From: Gammaproteobacteria bacterium
GTDB lineage: Bacteria > Pseudomonadota > Gammaproteobacteria > JABABF01 > JAHRAO01
NCBI GenBank assembly: GCA_020027215.1
Contig: JAHRAO010000003.1
Coordinates: forward strand, 10,718 to 74,717
Length of the DNA stretch: 64,000 bases
Direction: 5' to 3'
Shown: positions 1 to 11,439 of the stretch, piece by piece
Numbering within the stretch: position 1 is the stretch's first letter
Layout: the number at the start of each line of letters is the position of its first letter
Notes under the pieces: model-generated
Databases searched by the model: none
What the model was told of the DNA's origin: nothing
The model's input: only the letters and a program-made list of their open reading frames with translations
Program-made: the position numbers and the translations under genes

Positions 1-178
1 AGCACTGGGCATAGGCCGTGGGGGCTCGATCAGTGCACCCTACATTGGTGCGATTGGGCTGACAGCAGCCTGGGGTGCGCATGGCTTCTTTTTCATCGCT
101 GCTGTGGCACCGGTGGTTTGTTTTATTGGATTGCTTTTATTAATGCTCTTTCTAAAACAAAATGCAATAAGTCGTTAG
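1..178 (+). CDS. MFS transporter, C-terminal fragment (5' truncated by window), probably aromatic acid:H+ symporter type
   Basis: Frame 2 reads ALGIGRGGSISAPYIGAIGLTAAWG...LLLLMLFLKQNAISR with TAG at 176-178; GIGRGG..AP matches the C-terminus of the MFS at 5487. Not in the ORF track. Confidence 0.75.
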   Translation, partial: ALGIGRGGSISAPYIGAIGLTAAWGAHGFFFIAAVAPVVCFIGLLLLMLFLKQNAISR

Positions 179-233
179 ATTGACAGACTGATGACCGCCA
201 TATTTGTGAACAGAAAGTGGAATCATTCATGCA

Positions 234-1031
234 ATGGGATTGTACGATTTAAGTAAAAAAACTATCGCCATCACCGGTGTTGCCTCGGGAATTGGCAGGG
301 AAATTGCCGCTCAACTAAAAGGGTATGGATGCCACACTATCGGTTTAGATATCAAAAAAACCGATGAATATGTTGATACATTTATTCCGCTGGATCTCAG
401 TAAACCGCAATCAATCATTGATGCTGCTGCGGCAATAACAGCACCATTAGATGGACTGTGTAATAATGCTGGCCTCCCACCTCGCCCTGGTTTAGAAACA
501 ACTATCTTGCAAGTGAATTATCTGGGGGCAAAACAATTTACAACTGCCCTATTACCCCAAATGCATGAAGGAGCATCTATAGTGAATATGGCTTCTCGCG
601 CAGGACAAGGATGGCGTAATGCGATCGCACAGATTAAGGCCTTGTCCCTCGTTGACCATCATAACGCGCTCAAAACTCTCATTGACCAAGAAAAGATTGA
701 TGCAACGCGTGCCTATAATTTATCTAAAGAAGCCATCATTGTTTGGACGATGGTGGAAACCGAAGCATTACTCAAAAGCAATATTCGGATAAATTCAGTA
801 AGCCCTAGTGCCGTAGCAACGGGTATTTTGGATGATTTTGCCCAGGCTTTTGGCGATAAAATGGCTTCCAATGTCAAGCGGTCAGGACGCCCTGCCCAAC
901 CGCAAGAAATAGCTCGCGTTGTATGTTTTCTCTTATCCAATCAAAGTGCATGGATTAAAGGCACCGACATCCAGGTGGACGGTGGAATGGGCGCTTTTGC
1001 CTTTGTAGACCAAGTGTGGATGGCTTCCTAG
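234..1031 (+). CDS. Short-chain dehydrogenase/reductase, coniferyl-alcohol dehydrogenase / 3-alpha-HSD-like
   Basis: TGVASGIG Rossmann motif, NNAG, YNLSK catalytic YxxxK; lies in an aromatic catabolism cluster. Confidence 0.8.
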   Translation: MGLYDLSKKTIAITGVASGIGREIAAQLKGYGCHTIGLDIKKTDEYVDTFIPLDLSKPQSIIDAAAAITAPLDGLCNNAGLPPRPGLETTILQVNYLGAKQFTTALLPQMHEGASIVNMASRAGQGWRNAIAQIKALSLVDHHNALKTLIDQEKIDATRAYNLSKEAIIVWTMVETEALLKSNIRINSVSPSAVATGILDDFAQAFGDKMASNVKRSGRPAQPQEIARVVCFLLSNQSAWIKGTDIQVDGGMGAFAFVDQVWMAS

Positions 1032-1035
1032 CGGG

Positions 1036-1648
1036 CTGTTTTAGCGCTCAATACGTCCCTGTTTTAGCGCTCAATACGTCCCTGTATTTCGCTTGTACAT
1101 TGGGTAAAAAACTTCGCAAGACAAGTAATGCTCGTTTTTTACCCAATGGGGCGGTGTTCCCTGCACCGCTTTCTTTGCGGGCGGTGCTTTCTTACCGCTC
1201 CCGGCGGTGCATCCTACGCCGCTTTCTTTACGCTCGGTGCGTTGCTGTATTAGCGCTCAATACGTCCCTGTATTTCGCTTGGTACATTGCCGAAAAATTA
1301 TCGCAAGACAAGTAATCCTCCATTTTTCGGCAATGAGCGGTGCATCCTGCACCGCTGTCTCTACGCTCAATACGTTGCTTTTTTTGCGCTCAATACGTTG
1401 CTGTATTAGCGCTCAATACGTCCCTGTATTTCGCTTGTACATTGGGTAAAAAACTTCGCAAGACAAGTAATGCTCGTTTTTTACCCAATGGGCGCTGTTC
1501 CCCACAGCGCTGTTTTAGCGCTCAATACGTCCCTGTATTTCGCTTGATGCATTGGCAAAAAAGTGTCGCAAGACAAGTAATGCTCGTTTTTTACCCAATG
1601 GGCGCTGTTCCCCACAGCGTTGTCTTAGCCCTCAATACTTCCCTGTAT
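1036..1648 (+). repeat. Cluster of about 4 copies of a ~110-bp multi-hairpin (REP-like) repeat plus partial modules
   Basis: Recurring GCGCTCAATACGTCCCTGTATTTCGC; core TCGCAAGACAAGTAAT four times, flanked by inverted arms; GCG(G/C)TG...CA(C/G)CGC hairpins. Confidence 0.9.
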
Positions 1649-1690
1649 AATGAGTGACTATTCGCCACTACGGTACCTAAGGGACGGCGT

Positions 1691-2884
1691 TTATTTATCA
1701 TTGGATGATAAAAAGTCATAATAGGTTGAGTGGGGATGAAAGCTCGCCCATGCCCGAATAAATTGTTGATAGATTTGCACGCCACGCAATTGAGTGCCTT
1801 GTAGTTGTCCCTCTATACAATAGCCAAAAATATTCCACGTAGAACGCGTATTAGTGTCGGTCAGTTGATCGCCATTAATTTCAAATTGTAATATGGCGGC
1901 GTCTATAGCCCTGTCATAGGCAAATGGAGATGAGCCATCTTCTGAACTGATTAAAAGCAGGTGATTATCGCCCACAGCGTCCATAACCATTCTCCTTTTT
2001 TTGAGCGCATCCCAATCATAAGCTTTGCTATGGCCGTTGATCTCTAACCCAATAACTAATGGCGGTGTTTTCTGTCGGTGCCATCTGGGCAGACTGGCTT
2101 GATAATTCATTAAACTGGTTAGAAAATCATACTTTTTTTGATATTGCGGATGATATTGTAGAATTTCGGAATCGGGGTACTGCGCTAACCAGTGCGCCAA
2201 TGTCATTTGTTCCATCGGTATATCTTTTAACTCGATTCCACTGAATGGCCCATTGACCGCCTCACCGGTTTCCTGTCGCCACCACGAACCAGACTGATGA
2301 TCTTGGAATATCGCATTGTAAGTAATAGCGCCTACTAAGGTAAATTCCAATGCTTGCCCATCAATGCATCGATCGTAAACGCGCCCACTGCGACATAAAC
2401 CACAATAGGTCACCCAAATCGGTTGACTGCCAATGGTGTCAGAAAGTTGATGATGATAAAACAGCATGCTGACTGGATAAGATTTCTGTACGCCATCACG
2501 ATTTAGCCCGATGACTTGCACAGATTGCGGGATTTCATTTTGTGCAGCCCTTGCAAAAGTCGGGTTGTTTAATGGAGCGAATTTGTATTTACCGATCCAA
2601 AAAAGATTAAACAACCAGTAGATCGATGCCCAGATCGTTGTAAAAATGACACTATCAATGATTATAGAAGATTGCGCCGGTAAAGACATTTGCCAGACGA
2701 GTAACAGTAAAACTGCCAGCAAAATAATTCGGATATACAAAATATTTTTCCACATAAACCAGGCAAGATTTAATTGCCAAGGATACTTTTGTAATACGGG
2801 AGGGGTGCCATTAGTGCTCAAACCTTTGATGATCTCAGCAAAAATCAAGGCAATAAATACAATATAAAAGTAGATCATAGTCAA
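1691..2884 (-). CDS. DUF3179-like protein with N-terminal membrane segments
   Basis: YPxxxLxYHH, TYCGLC, W.Q.TGEAV.GP motifs and a duplicated domain architecture; three hydrophobic N-terminal segments. Confidence 0.65.
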   Translation of the reverse strand: MTMIYFYIVFIALIFAEIIKGLSTNGTPPVLQKYPWQLNLAWFMWKNILYIRIILLAVLLLLVWQMSLPAQSSIIIDSVIFTTIWASIYWLFNLFWIGKYKFAPLNNPTFARAAQNEIPQSVQVIGLNRDGVQKSYPVSMLFYHHQLSDTIGSQPIWVTYCGLCRSGRVYDRCIDGQALEFTLVGAITYNAIFQDHQSGSWWRQETGEAVNGPFSGIELKDIPMEQMTLAHWLAQYPDSEILQYHPQYQKKYDFLTSLMNYQASLPRWHRQKTPPLVIGLEINGHSKAYDWDALKKRRMVMDAVGDNHLLLISSEDGSSPFAYDRAIDAAILQFEINGDQLTDTNTRSTWNIFGYCIEGQLQGTQLRGVQIYQQFIRAWASFHPHSTYYDFLSSNDK

Positions 2885-3288
2885 AAAATAATAATAGGGG
2901 CTACTACCCTATATTACTGCTACTGGATATCTTAATAGCATACCGCAGACAGCGGAACAGATCATCGGCAATATAAACCGCATTATCAAAAATGCCCGCG
3001 ATACATGCGCGCCCAACAACTGTATTCCACACCATTTACGCCCATACCATAACAGCATCCTTTAATGCAGTCGGCATAGCCTTGTGTACCTAATTTAGCG
3101 CTGACCACCGCCTTGCTTCAAAGGCGCAAACTTCTTGATCTACAAGGTGACTCCATGATAGATTATCTGAGTGGCCACGCCTCAAGCGTGCACAAATGAT
3201 CAATTTTGGGCAAGATTATCGGCAAAGTAACAATCGCAGTGTTTCCAAAGTACCGCACTGGCGTCTATGCTTGTCAAATTGTGGGTGC

Positions 3289-3306
3289 GCGTGTGATATT
3301 ATACGC
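3289..3306 (+). promoter_or_regulatory. Putative extended -10 promoter of pobA overlapped by an 18-bp imperfect palindrome
   Basis: TGaTATTAT at 3294-3302 inside GCGTGTGAT|ATTATACGC (7 of 9 positions symmetric), about 40 bp upstream of the likely pobA start. Confidence 0.4.
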
Positions 3307-3342
3307 ATAAGTTTTACTTGTTCTGCATTGGAAGTGAATACA

Positions 3343-4518
3343 TTGAAAACCCAAATCGGCATCATTGGTGGTGGCCCTTCAGGGTTGTTATTATCACAGT
3401 TATTACAGATGAGTGGTATTGAGACCGTCGTTTTAGAGCGATGCTCCAAGGCGCATGTCCTTGCCCGGATTCGGGCAGGCGTGCTGGAGTGCGGAACGGT
3501 CAATTTACTGGAGAAAGCAGGGGCGAGTGCAAATCTTAAGCAGTACAGTGATACTCATTCCAGCGTAGATATCGTTTTTCAAGGTGAAACCTGCAAAGTC
3601 AATTTTAGCGAACTACTAAACGGGGCTAAGGTCACCGTATACGGTCAAACTGAACTGACCAAAGACCTCTATCAGGTGAGAAATAAAGCAGGAGGGGTAA
3701 TTGTGCATCATGCGGATGAAGTGGCCGTACACGCTGTCGATTCGGATACCCCATTTATCACCTATACCCTCAATAACACGCCCTGTCGTTTAGATTGCGA
3801 GTTTATAGTCGGCTGCGATGGTTTTCATGGTCCCAGCCGTCAGGCAATACCCGACAGTATTAAAACCGAATACGAGCGTAGCTACCCTTTTGGATGGTTG
3901 GGCGTATTATCCGATACACCGCCCGTATCTCCCCATTGCGTCATCTACACTTACCATCAACGTGGATTTGCTTTGTGCTCAATGCGTTCTGCCACGCGCA
4001 GTCGCTACTATATTCAGGTGCCGATCAATGCCGATTTGAACACATGGTCGGATGATCGGTTCTGGCAGGAATTAAAGCGGCGTTTGCCAAAAGATGTATC
4101 TGAACATTTAATAACGGGCCCTTCCATTGAGAAATCTATTACGCCATTGCGCAGTTTTATATGTGAGCCAATGCAGTGGAACAAGTTGTTTTTAGCGGGA
4201 GACGCCGCACATATAGTGCCGCCTACGGGTGCTAAAGGATTAAATCTAGCGGCATCCGATGTTTATTACCTACACCATGCATTTATAAAGTACTATGCAG
4301 ATGGCGATGATTTTGGTTTGATGCATTATTCAGACCAAGCACTCAAACGGGTGTGGAAATCCAGTCGGTTTTCATGGAGTCTCACCCGCCTATTACATGA
4401 TTTTTACGAGGACGATGCATTTATCAATAAGATGAGACTTGCCGAGTTTAATTACTTAAAATCATCGCCCATTGCACAAACTTCATTTGCTGAAAACTAT
4501 GTTGGATTACCTTACTAA
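3343..4518 (+). CDS. pobA: 4-hydroxybenzoate 3-monooxygenase
   Basis: KTQIGIIGGGPSGL, RIRAGVLE, GCDGFHG, LAGDAAHIVPPTGAKGLNLA, C-terminal AENYVGLPY. Start moved to TTG at 3343 to match the family N-terminus. Confidence 0.95.
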   Translation: MKTQIGIIGGGPSGLLLSQLLQMSGIETVVLERCSKAHVLARIRAGVLECGTVNLLEKAGASANLKQYSDTHSSVDIVFQGETCKVNFSELLNGAKVTVYGQTELTKDLYQVRNKAGGVIVHHADEVAVHAVDSDTPFITYTLNNTPCRLDCEFIVGCDGFHGPSRQAIPDSIKTEYERSYPFGWLGVLSDTPPVSPHCVIYTYHQRGFALCSMRSATRSRYYIQVPINADLNTWSDDRFWQELKRRLPKDVSEHLITGPSIEKSITPLRSFICEPMQWNKLFLAGDAAHIVPPTGAKGLNLAASDVYYLHHAFIKYYADGDDFGLMHYSDQALKRVWKSSRFSWSLTRLLHDFYEDDAFINKMRLAEFNYLKSSPIAQTSFAENYVGLPY

Positions 4519-5441
4519 TGAAAATATTACATATTGTGGATAAAAAAATTGTGTTACCCGCATTAATCTTATTGCTCTGGATGAGTTTTACAGGCGCACA
4601 GGCAGAAACCAAACTGATTATGTTGGGCACCGGCACACCTGTTCCTAATGCCGAGCGCGCTGGCCAAGGGATTGCCATCATTTATAACGGCAAAGCCTAT
4701 CTGTTTGATGTCGGCGGTGGTGTCGTCAAACGGTGTATACAGGCATGGAAACAAATGGGCTTTAAGTCTCTCAACCCTACAAAAATATCACATTTATTTA
4801 TCACACACTTACATAGCGATCATGTATTGGATTACCCAGAATTCGCTAATACTTACTGGTGGCGCCGCACCTCGCAAATCAATGTGTATGGTCCGGTGGG
4901 CATTGAAAAAATGGCCTGGGGGTATTACCAGATGATCCGATTCAGTATTCGCCACAGAATAGAAGGCAAGCAACCAGTCAAGAATCCAACTTTTTATCAA
5001 ACTATCCAGCACGAATATAAAAAAGGCGGGTGGACTTTTAATAAGAATGGAATCAAGATTGAAGCCTTTGAAGTGGCGCATGGCGATCTGCACCCCGCTT
5101 TTGGATATAAAATACAAACCCCAGATAAAACCATCGTCATTTCAGGCGATACGATGAAAAGTGAAAAAGTCATAGAAATGGCCACCGGTGCCGATATCTT
5201 AGTACATGAAGTGATCAGCGAAGATGGGATATCACGCATATCCCCTTTTTGGCAAAAATATCATTCCAGCTATCATACCCGTACTCCCGAGCTCGCGGAG
5301 ATCGCCAACAAGGCAAAACCGAAGCTCCTGATATTAACCCATGTCTTGCATTACACAGCCCCCGTTGAATCAGCGTTGCACGAAATTAAAAAACTGTACA
5401 AGGGCAAAGTGGTTCTGGCCAATGACTTAGATGTATTTTAA
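4518..5441 (+). CDS. Secreted MBL-fold metallo-hydrolase (RNase Z / AtsA arylsulfatase-like)
   Basis: Signal peptide ending AQA, LGTGTP, THLHSDH (HxHxDH), SGDT, HE, YHT; ATG overlaps the pobA stop (TAATG). Confidence 0.8.
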   Translation: MKILHIVDKKIVLPALILLLWMSFTGAQAETKLIMLGTGTPVPNAERAGQGIAIIYNGKAYLFDVGGGVVKRCIQAWKQMGFKSLNPTKISHLFITHLHSDHVLDYPEFANTYWWRRTSQINVYGPVGIEKMAWGYYQMIRFSIRHRIEGKQPVKNPTFYQTIQHEYKKGGWTFNKNGIKIEAFEVAHGDLHPAFGYKIQTPDKTIVISGDTMKSEKVIEMATGADILVHEVISEDGISRISPFWQKYHSSYHTRTPELAEIANKAKPKLLILTHVLHYTAPVESALHEIKKLYKGKVVLANDLDVF

Positions 5442-5486
5442 GCCAGCGAGCATGGATAGTTAAATTATCGCCACAAGAGCACAACA

Positions 5487-6780
5487 ATGAATGATCCATG
5501 GAAAATAATTGACACTACACCGATGAGTGTAGTGCAGATATTCGCAGTCAGTATGTGTATCGCACTATTAGCATTAGACGGGTTTGATGTATTATCTATC
5601 GCTTTTGCCGCACCCGGCATCACCGCAGAATGGGGTATTAATCGCGCTGAACTCGGGATTGTGTTATCCATGGAGTTAATCGGTATGGCGGTAGGTGCTA
5701 TGATATTAGGTTATGTCGCCGACCAAATTGGGCGCCGACCAACCATTATGGCGTGCCTCGTTGTAGTCGCTACCGGTATGTTTTTTGCCGCCGGCACTAG
5801 TGGTATGATAGAGTTATCTATTCATCGTTTTTATACTGGGCTGGGCATTGGTGGAATCTTAGCGACCACTAATGCGATGACCGCGGAATTTTCTAATCGG
5901 CGTAATCGCGACATGTGCGTTATTCTGATGGCAGCCGGCTATCCTGTTGGCGTGATAATCGGCGGATCGATCGCTTCGTATTTATTGATTGACTATAGCT
6001 GGCGCGCCATTTTTTATTTTGGCGCAGCGGTCACCACTGCTGCCTTGCCATTAACATGGATTGCCCTCCCCGAATCAATCGCATTTCTCAATAATAAGCG
6101 TCGCCCTGATGCCTTGCAACAAATTAACGCCACCCTAAGCCGTATGGGGAAACAAACCATAGAAGCCCTCCCAGAAATTACGGCAAAAGTCCAGACCAGC
6201 GTAGCAGAATTATTCCGTCCACAATTGCTCACCACTACAGTGGTACTGACTACAGCTTACTTTATGCACTTTATGACTCTTTATTTTCTGTTCAAATGGA
6301 CGCCAAAGATTGTCGTAGATATGGGTTTTGCCCCTTCCTTAGCGGGCACTGTCTTGGTATGGGTGAATATCGGAGGCCTAATGGGTAGTGTATTGCTTAG
6401 CCTGCTGTCGCGTTATTACCCTGTAAGAACCATGCTACTAGGTGTTATGGCGGTATCTTTCGTGATGGTGGTCATTTTCGGTATGGGGTATGACAACTTA
6501 CACCAGCTATCATTGGTCGCCGCCGCCACCGGTTTTTTTGTCAATGCGGGGGTGGTCGGCCTTTATGCCTTATTGGCAAAATCTTTTCCTGCTAATGTCC
6601 GTGCCGGTGGCTCTGGTTTTGTCATCGGCATCGGTCGTGGAGGCGCCATGTTGAGCCCCATTTTAGCCGGCTATCTATTTTATAGTGGCTATAGTTTGCA
6701 AACTGTCGCGTTTTTGATGGGGATGGGTTCCCTATTAGCAGGAATCGCACTTATTTTTCTTCGCAATAAAAAAGAGCTGT

Positions 6781-6803
<23 letters not shown>
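5487..6803 (+). CDS. Aromatic acid:H+ symporter (PcaK/BenK-like MFS)
   Basis: LDGFD in TM1, ADQIGRRP MFS motif A, LPES, about 12 hydrophobic segments. Confidence 0.88.
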
Positions 6804-8986
<2,183 letters not shown>

Positions 8987-8989
8987 AGC

Positions 8990-9376
8990 ATGCCGCATCC
9001 TCCGATGATTGCACGTAGTATTGACGGTCATCAGGTCTCGGCGATTGGTCTCGGATGTATGGGATTCAGTCACGCTTACGGTCATCCGCCGCACGAAACA
9101 GAGGCTATTAGGGTGATTCACGCTGCGATTGATCAGGGGGTCACTCCCAGTCAACTGGCCTTAGCCTGGCTCCTCCATCAGGGTGAGCATATATTACCGA
9201 TACCCGGTACCACTAACGCTCACCATTTAGCGGAAAATATTGCCGCCGCACCGCTATCACTATCTGATGAACAGATTCAGCGTATAAATGCCTGCATTAA
9301 TCAGCACACAGTGAGTGGCATGCGCTATACACCCTCTGTTCAAGCCGATATAGACACAGAGGAATTTGTTCCATGA
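8990..9376 (+). pseudogene. Aldo/keto reductase with a large in-frame internal deletion
   Basis: AKR N-terminus (VSAIGLGCMG...AIDQGVT) is joined directly to the AKR C-terminus (PSQLALAWLL...PIPGT...ENIAA); only 128 aa, with the catalytic core missing. Confidence 0.8.
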
Positions 9377-9474
9377 GCCACCGTTCTATAATGCCAAATC
9401 GGCACATTAAAAAATGAGGTGGTCAGTATGTTAATTAATGAATCAAATGCTATTCAGCGAATGGGTACGGCGCC

Positions 9475-10377
9475 ATGAGCCAATTTATTAAAGATGTAGA
9501 TTGGTTAGATTGGCATCCCAATCCAGTCAAGCCTGATTTTCTAGTGCCTGAAGGGGCGGTGGATGCCCATTGCCATATTTTTGGTCCTGGCGATCAATTT
9601 CCCTTTGCGCCCCAACGCAAATACACGCCCTGTGATGCGAGTGCGGCGCAATTGTGGGCACTGCGCGATTATTTGGGATTTTCGCGCAGTGTAATTGTAC
9701 AGGCAACCTGCCATGGCACAGACAACAGTGCGATGGTGCATGCCTTACAACATTTAGGCAATACGGCGCGCGGCGTGGCCACAGTAAAAACCAATGTGAG
9801 CAACCAAGAATTAGAAGCACTACACGCTGCGGGCGTACGTGGGGTCCGCTTTAATTTTGTTAAGCGATTAGTTAATGTGCTCCCTTTTGATGATTTAATG
9901 TCCATTGTAGAAAAGATCCACAAATACAACTGGCATACCGTCATTTACTTTGAAGCACAGGACCTAACCGCTTACCGCGATTTTTTTACCGCATTGCCCA
10001 CCATTGTAGTGGTCGATCATATGGGCAGGCCTGATGTAACACAGGATGCGAGAGGTAAAGCTTTTGAGCCCTTTATCCAACTATTAGAAGAAAACAGTAA
10101 TTTCTGGTGTAAAGTGAGTGGTGCCGAACGCTTATCGGTCATTGGACCTCCTATATATGATGACTTTGTGCCCTTTGCCCGTAAAGTCGTTAAAAGATTC
10201 CCCGACCGCGTGCTATGGGGTACGGACTGGCCACATCCCAATATGAAATCCCATATGCCCGATGACGGCGAATTGGTCAATTTGATCCCGCGCATTGCGC
10301 CAACCCCATCACTACAACACCAGTTATTGGTTGATAATCCAAGTCGTCTGTACTGGGACGAGTCACCCTCACACTAA
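9475..10377 (+). CDS. ligI: 2-pyrone-4,6-dicarboxylate hydrolase
   Basis: DAHCHIFGP, RKYTPCDA, VQATCHG, DHMGRPD, WGTDWPHP. Confidence 0.92.
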   Translation: MSQFIKDVDWLDWHPNPVKPDFLVPEGAVDAHCHIFGPGDQFPFAPQRKYTPCDASAAQLWALRDYLGFSRSVIVQATCHGTDNSAMVHALQHLGNTARGVATVKTNVSNQELEALHAAGVRGVRFNFVKRLVNVLPFDDLMSIVEKIHKYNWHTVIYFEAQDLTAYRDFFTALPTIVVVDHMGRPDVTQDARGKAFEPFIQLLEENSNFWCKVSGAERLSVIGPPIYDDFVPFARKVVKRFPDRVLWGTDWPHPNMKSHMPDDGELVNLIPRIAPTPSLQHQLLVDNPSRLYWDESPSH

Positions 10378-10412
10378 CCGCAATCTATAATTCACTATAA
10401 TAAAAATGCACC

Positions 10413-11429
10413 ATGATTATTGACTGTCACGGACACTTTACCACCACACCGCCCGGAGTCGGTGAATGGCGCAACATACAGAAAAAAGCTGTCGCAGCTG
10501 ATCCAGATTTTGTCGGTGAGAAAGGCGTGATGCAAGTCAGCGACGACGAGTTGAGAGAAAGTATAGAAACTAATCAATTAAAGTTACAACGCGAGCGAGG
10601 CACTGATTTGACTATCTTTTCCCCACGAGCAAGCTGGATGGCCCATCATATTGGCAATGAACATACCAGCCGTTTCTGGAGCGAACATCAAAACGAATTA
10701 ATACGGCGCGTGTGTGATTTGTTCCCCCAAAACTTTGCGCCGGTGGCACAGTTACCGCAATCGCCTGGCGTAGATCCTTGTAAAAGTATTCCTGAAATGG
10801 TGCGTTGCGTAGAAGAAATGGGTTTTATCGGCGTCAACTTAAATCCAGACCCCTCTGGTGGTTTTTGGACGGCCCCACGTCTTGACGATAAATCCTGGTA
10901 TCCCTTCTACGAAAAAATGCAGGATCTCTCCATACCCGCGATGATTCATGTCAGTGCCGCTTGCAATGACTGTTTTCATACCACCGGTTCGCATTATCTC
11001 GGGGCAGATACCACTGCCTTTGACCAATTGATGTATTCTAATTTATTTGACTCTTTTCCCGAACTTAAACTGATCATTCCGCATGGCGGCGGTGCGGTTC
11101 CCTATCATTGGGGGCGGTTTAGAGGAATCGCTCAGGATAAAGGTTTAGGCGATATCAATGAAGTGATGCTAAAAAATGTTTTTTTTGATACTTGTGTCTA
11201 TCATCAACGGGGGATGGATCTCCTTTTGGATATTATTCCGGTAGATAATATTTTATTCGCATCGGAAATGATCGGGGCGGTGCGGGGAATAGACCCAGAA
11301 TCGGGGCATTATTTTGATGATACCAAACGCTATATTGACGCCAATCCCTGTCTAGCCACCGAAGATCGCTATAAGATTTTTGAAGGGAATGCGCGGAAAG
11401 TTTATAGCCGTCTCAAAATAGATTGGTGA
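10413..11429 (+). CDS. ligJ: 4-oxalomesaconate hydratase
   Basis: MIIDCHGH, FSPRAS.MAHH, NPDPSGG, PHGGGAVPYHWGR, ASEMIGAVRGIDP. Confidence 0.92.
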   Translation: MIIDCHGHFTTTPPGVGEWRNIQKKAVAADPDFVGEKGVMQVSDDELRESIETNQLKLQRERGTDLTIFSPRASWMAHHIGNEHTSRFWSEHQNELIRRVCDLFPQNFAPVAQLPQSPGVDPCKSIPEMVRCVEEMGFIGVNLNPDPSGGFWTAPRLDDKSWYPFYEKMQDLSIPAMIHVSAACNDCFHTTGSHYLGADTTAFDQLMYSNLFDSFPELKLIIPHGGGAVPYHWGRFRGIAQDKGLGDINEVMLKNVFFDTCVYHQRGMDLLLDIIPVDNILFASEMIGAVRGIDPESGHYFDDTKRYIDANPCLATEDRYKIFEGNARKVYSRLKIDW

Positions 11430-11439
11430 CGTTACGCCT

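Noticed and set aside
1036..1648. CRISPR array
   Set aside because: No regular repeat/unique-spacer alternation: the variable parts are self-complementary stems, some duplicated. No cas genes are in the window.
1036..1648. Integron attC array
   Set aside because: No RYYYAAC...GTTRRRY boundaries, no cassette ORFs between units, and no integrase.
1016..1785. ORFs 1016-1315, 1207-1449, 1340-1657 and 1591-1785
   Set aside because: They are translations of the DNA repeat in different frames, with no protein-like signal.
3196..3342. N-terminal extension of PobA
   Set aside because: Family homology begins at KTQIGIIG, and the extension covers the likely promoter.
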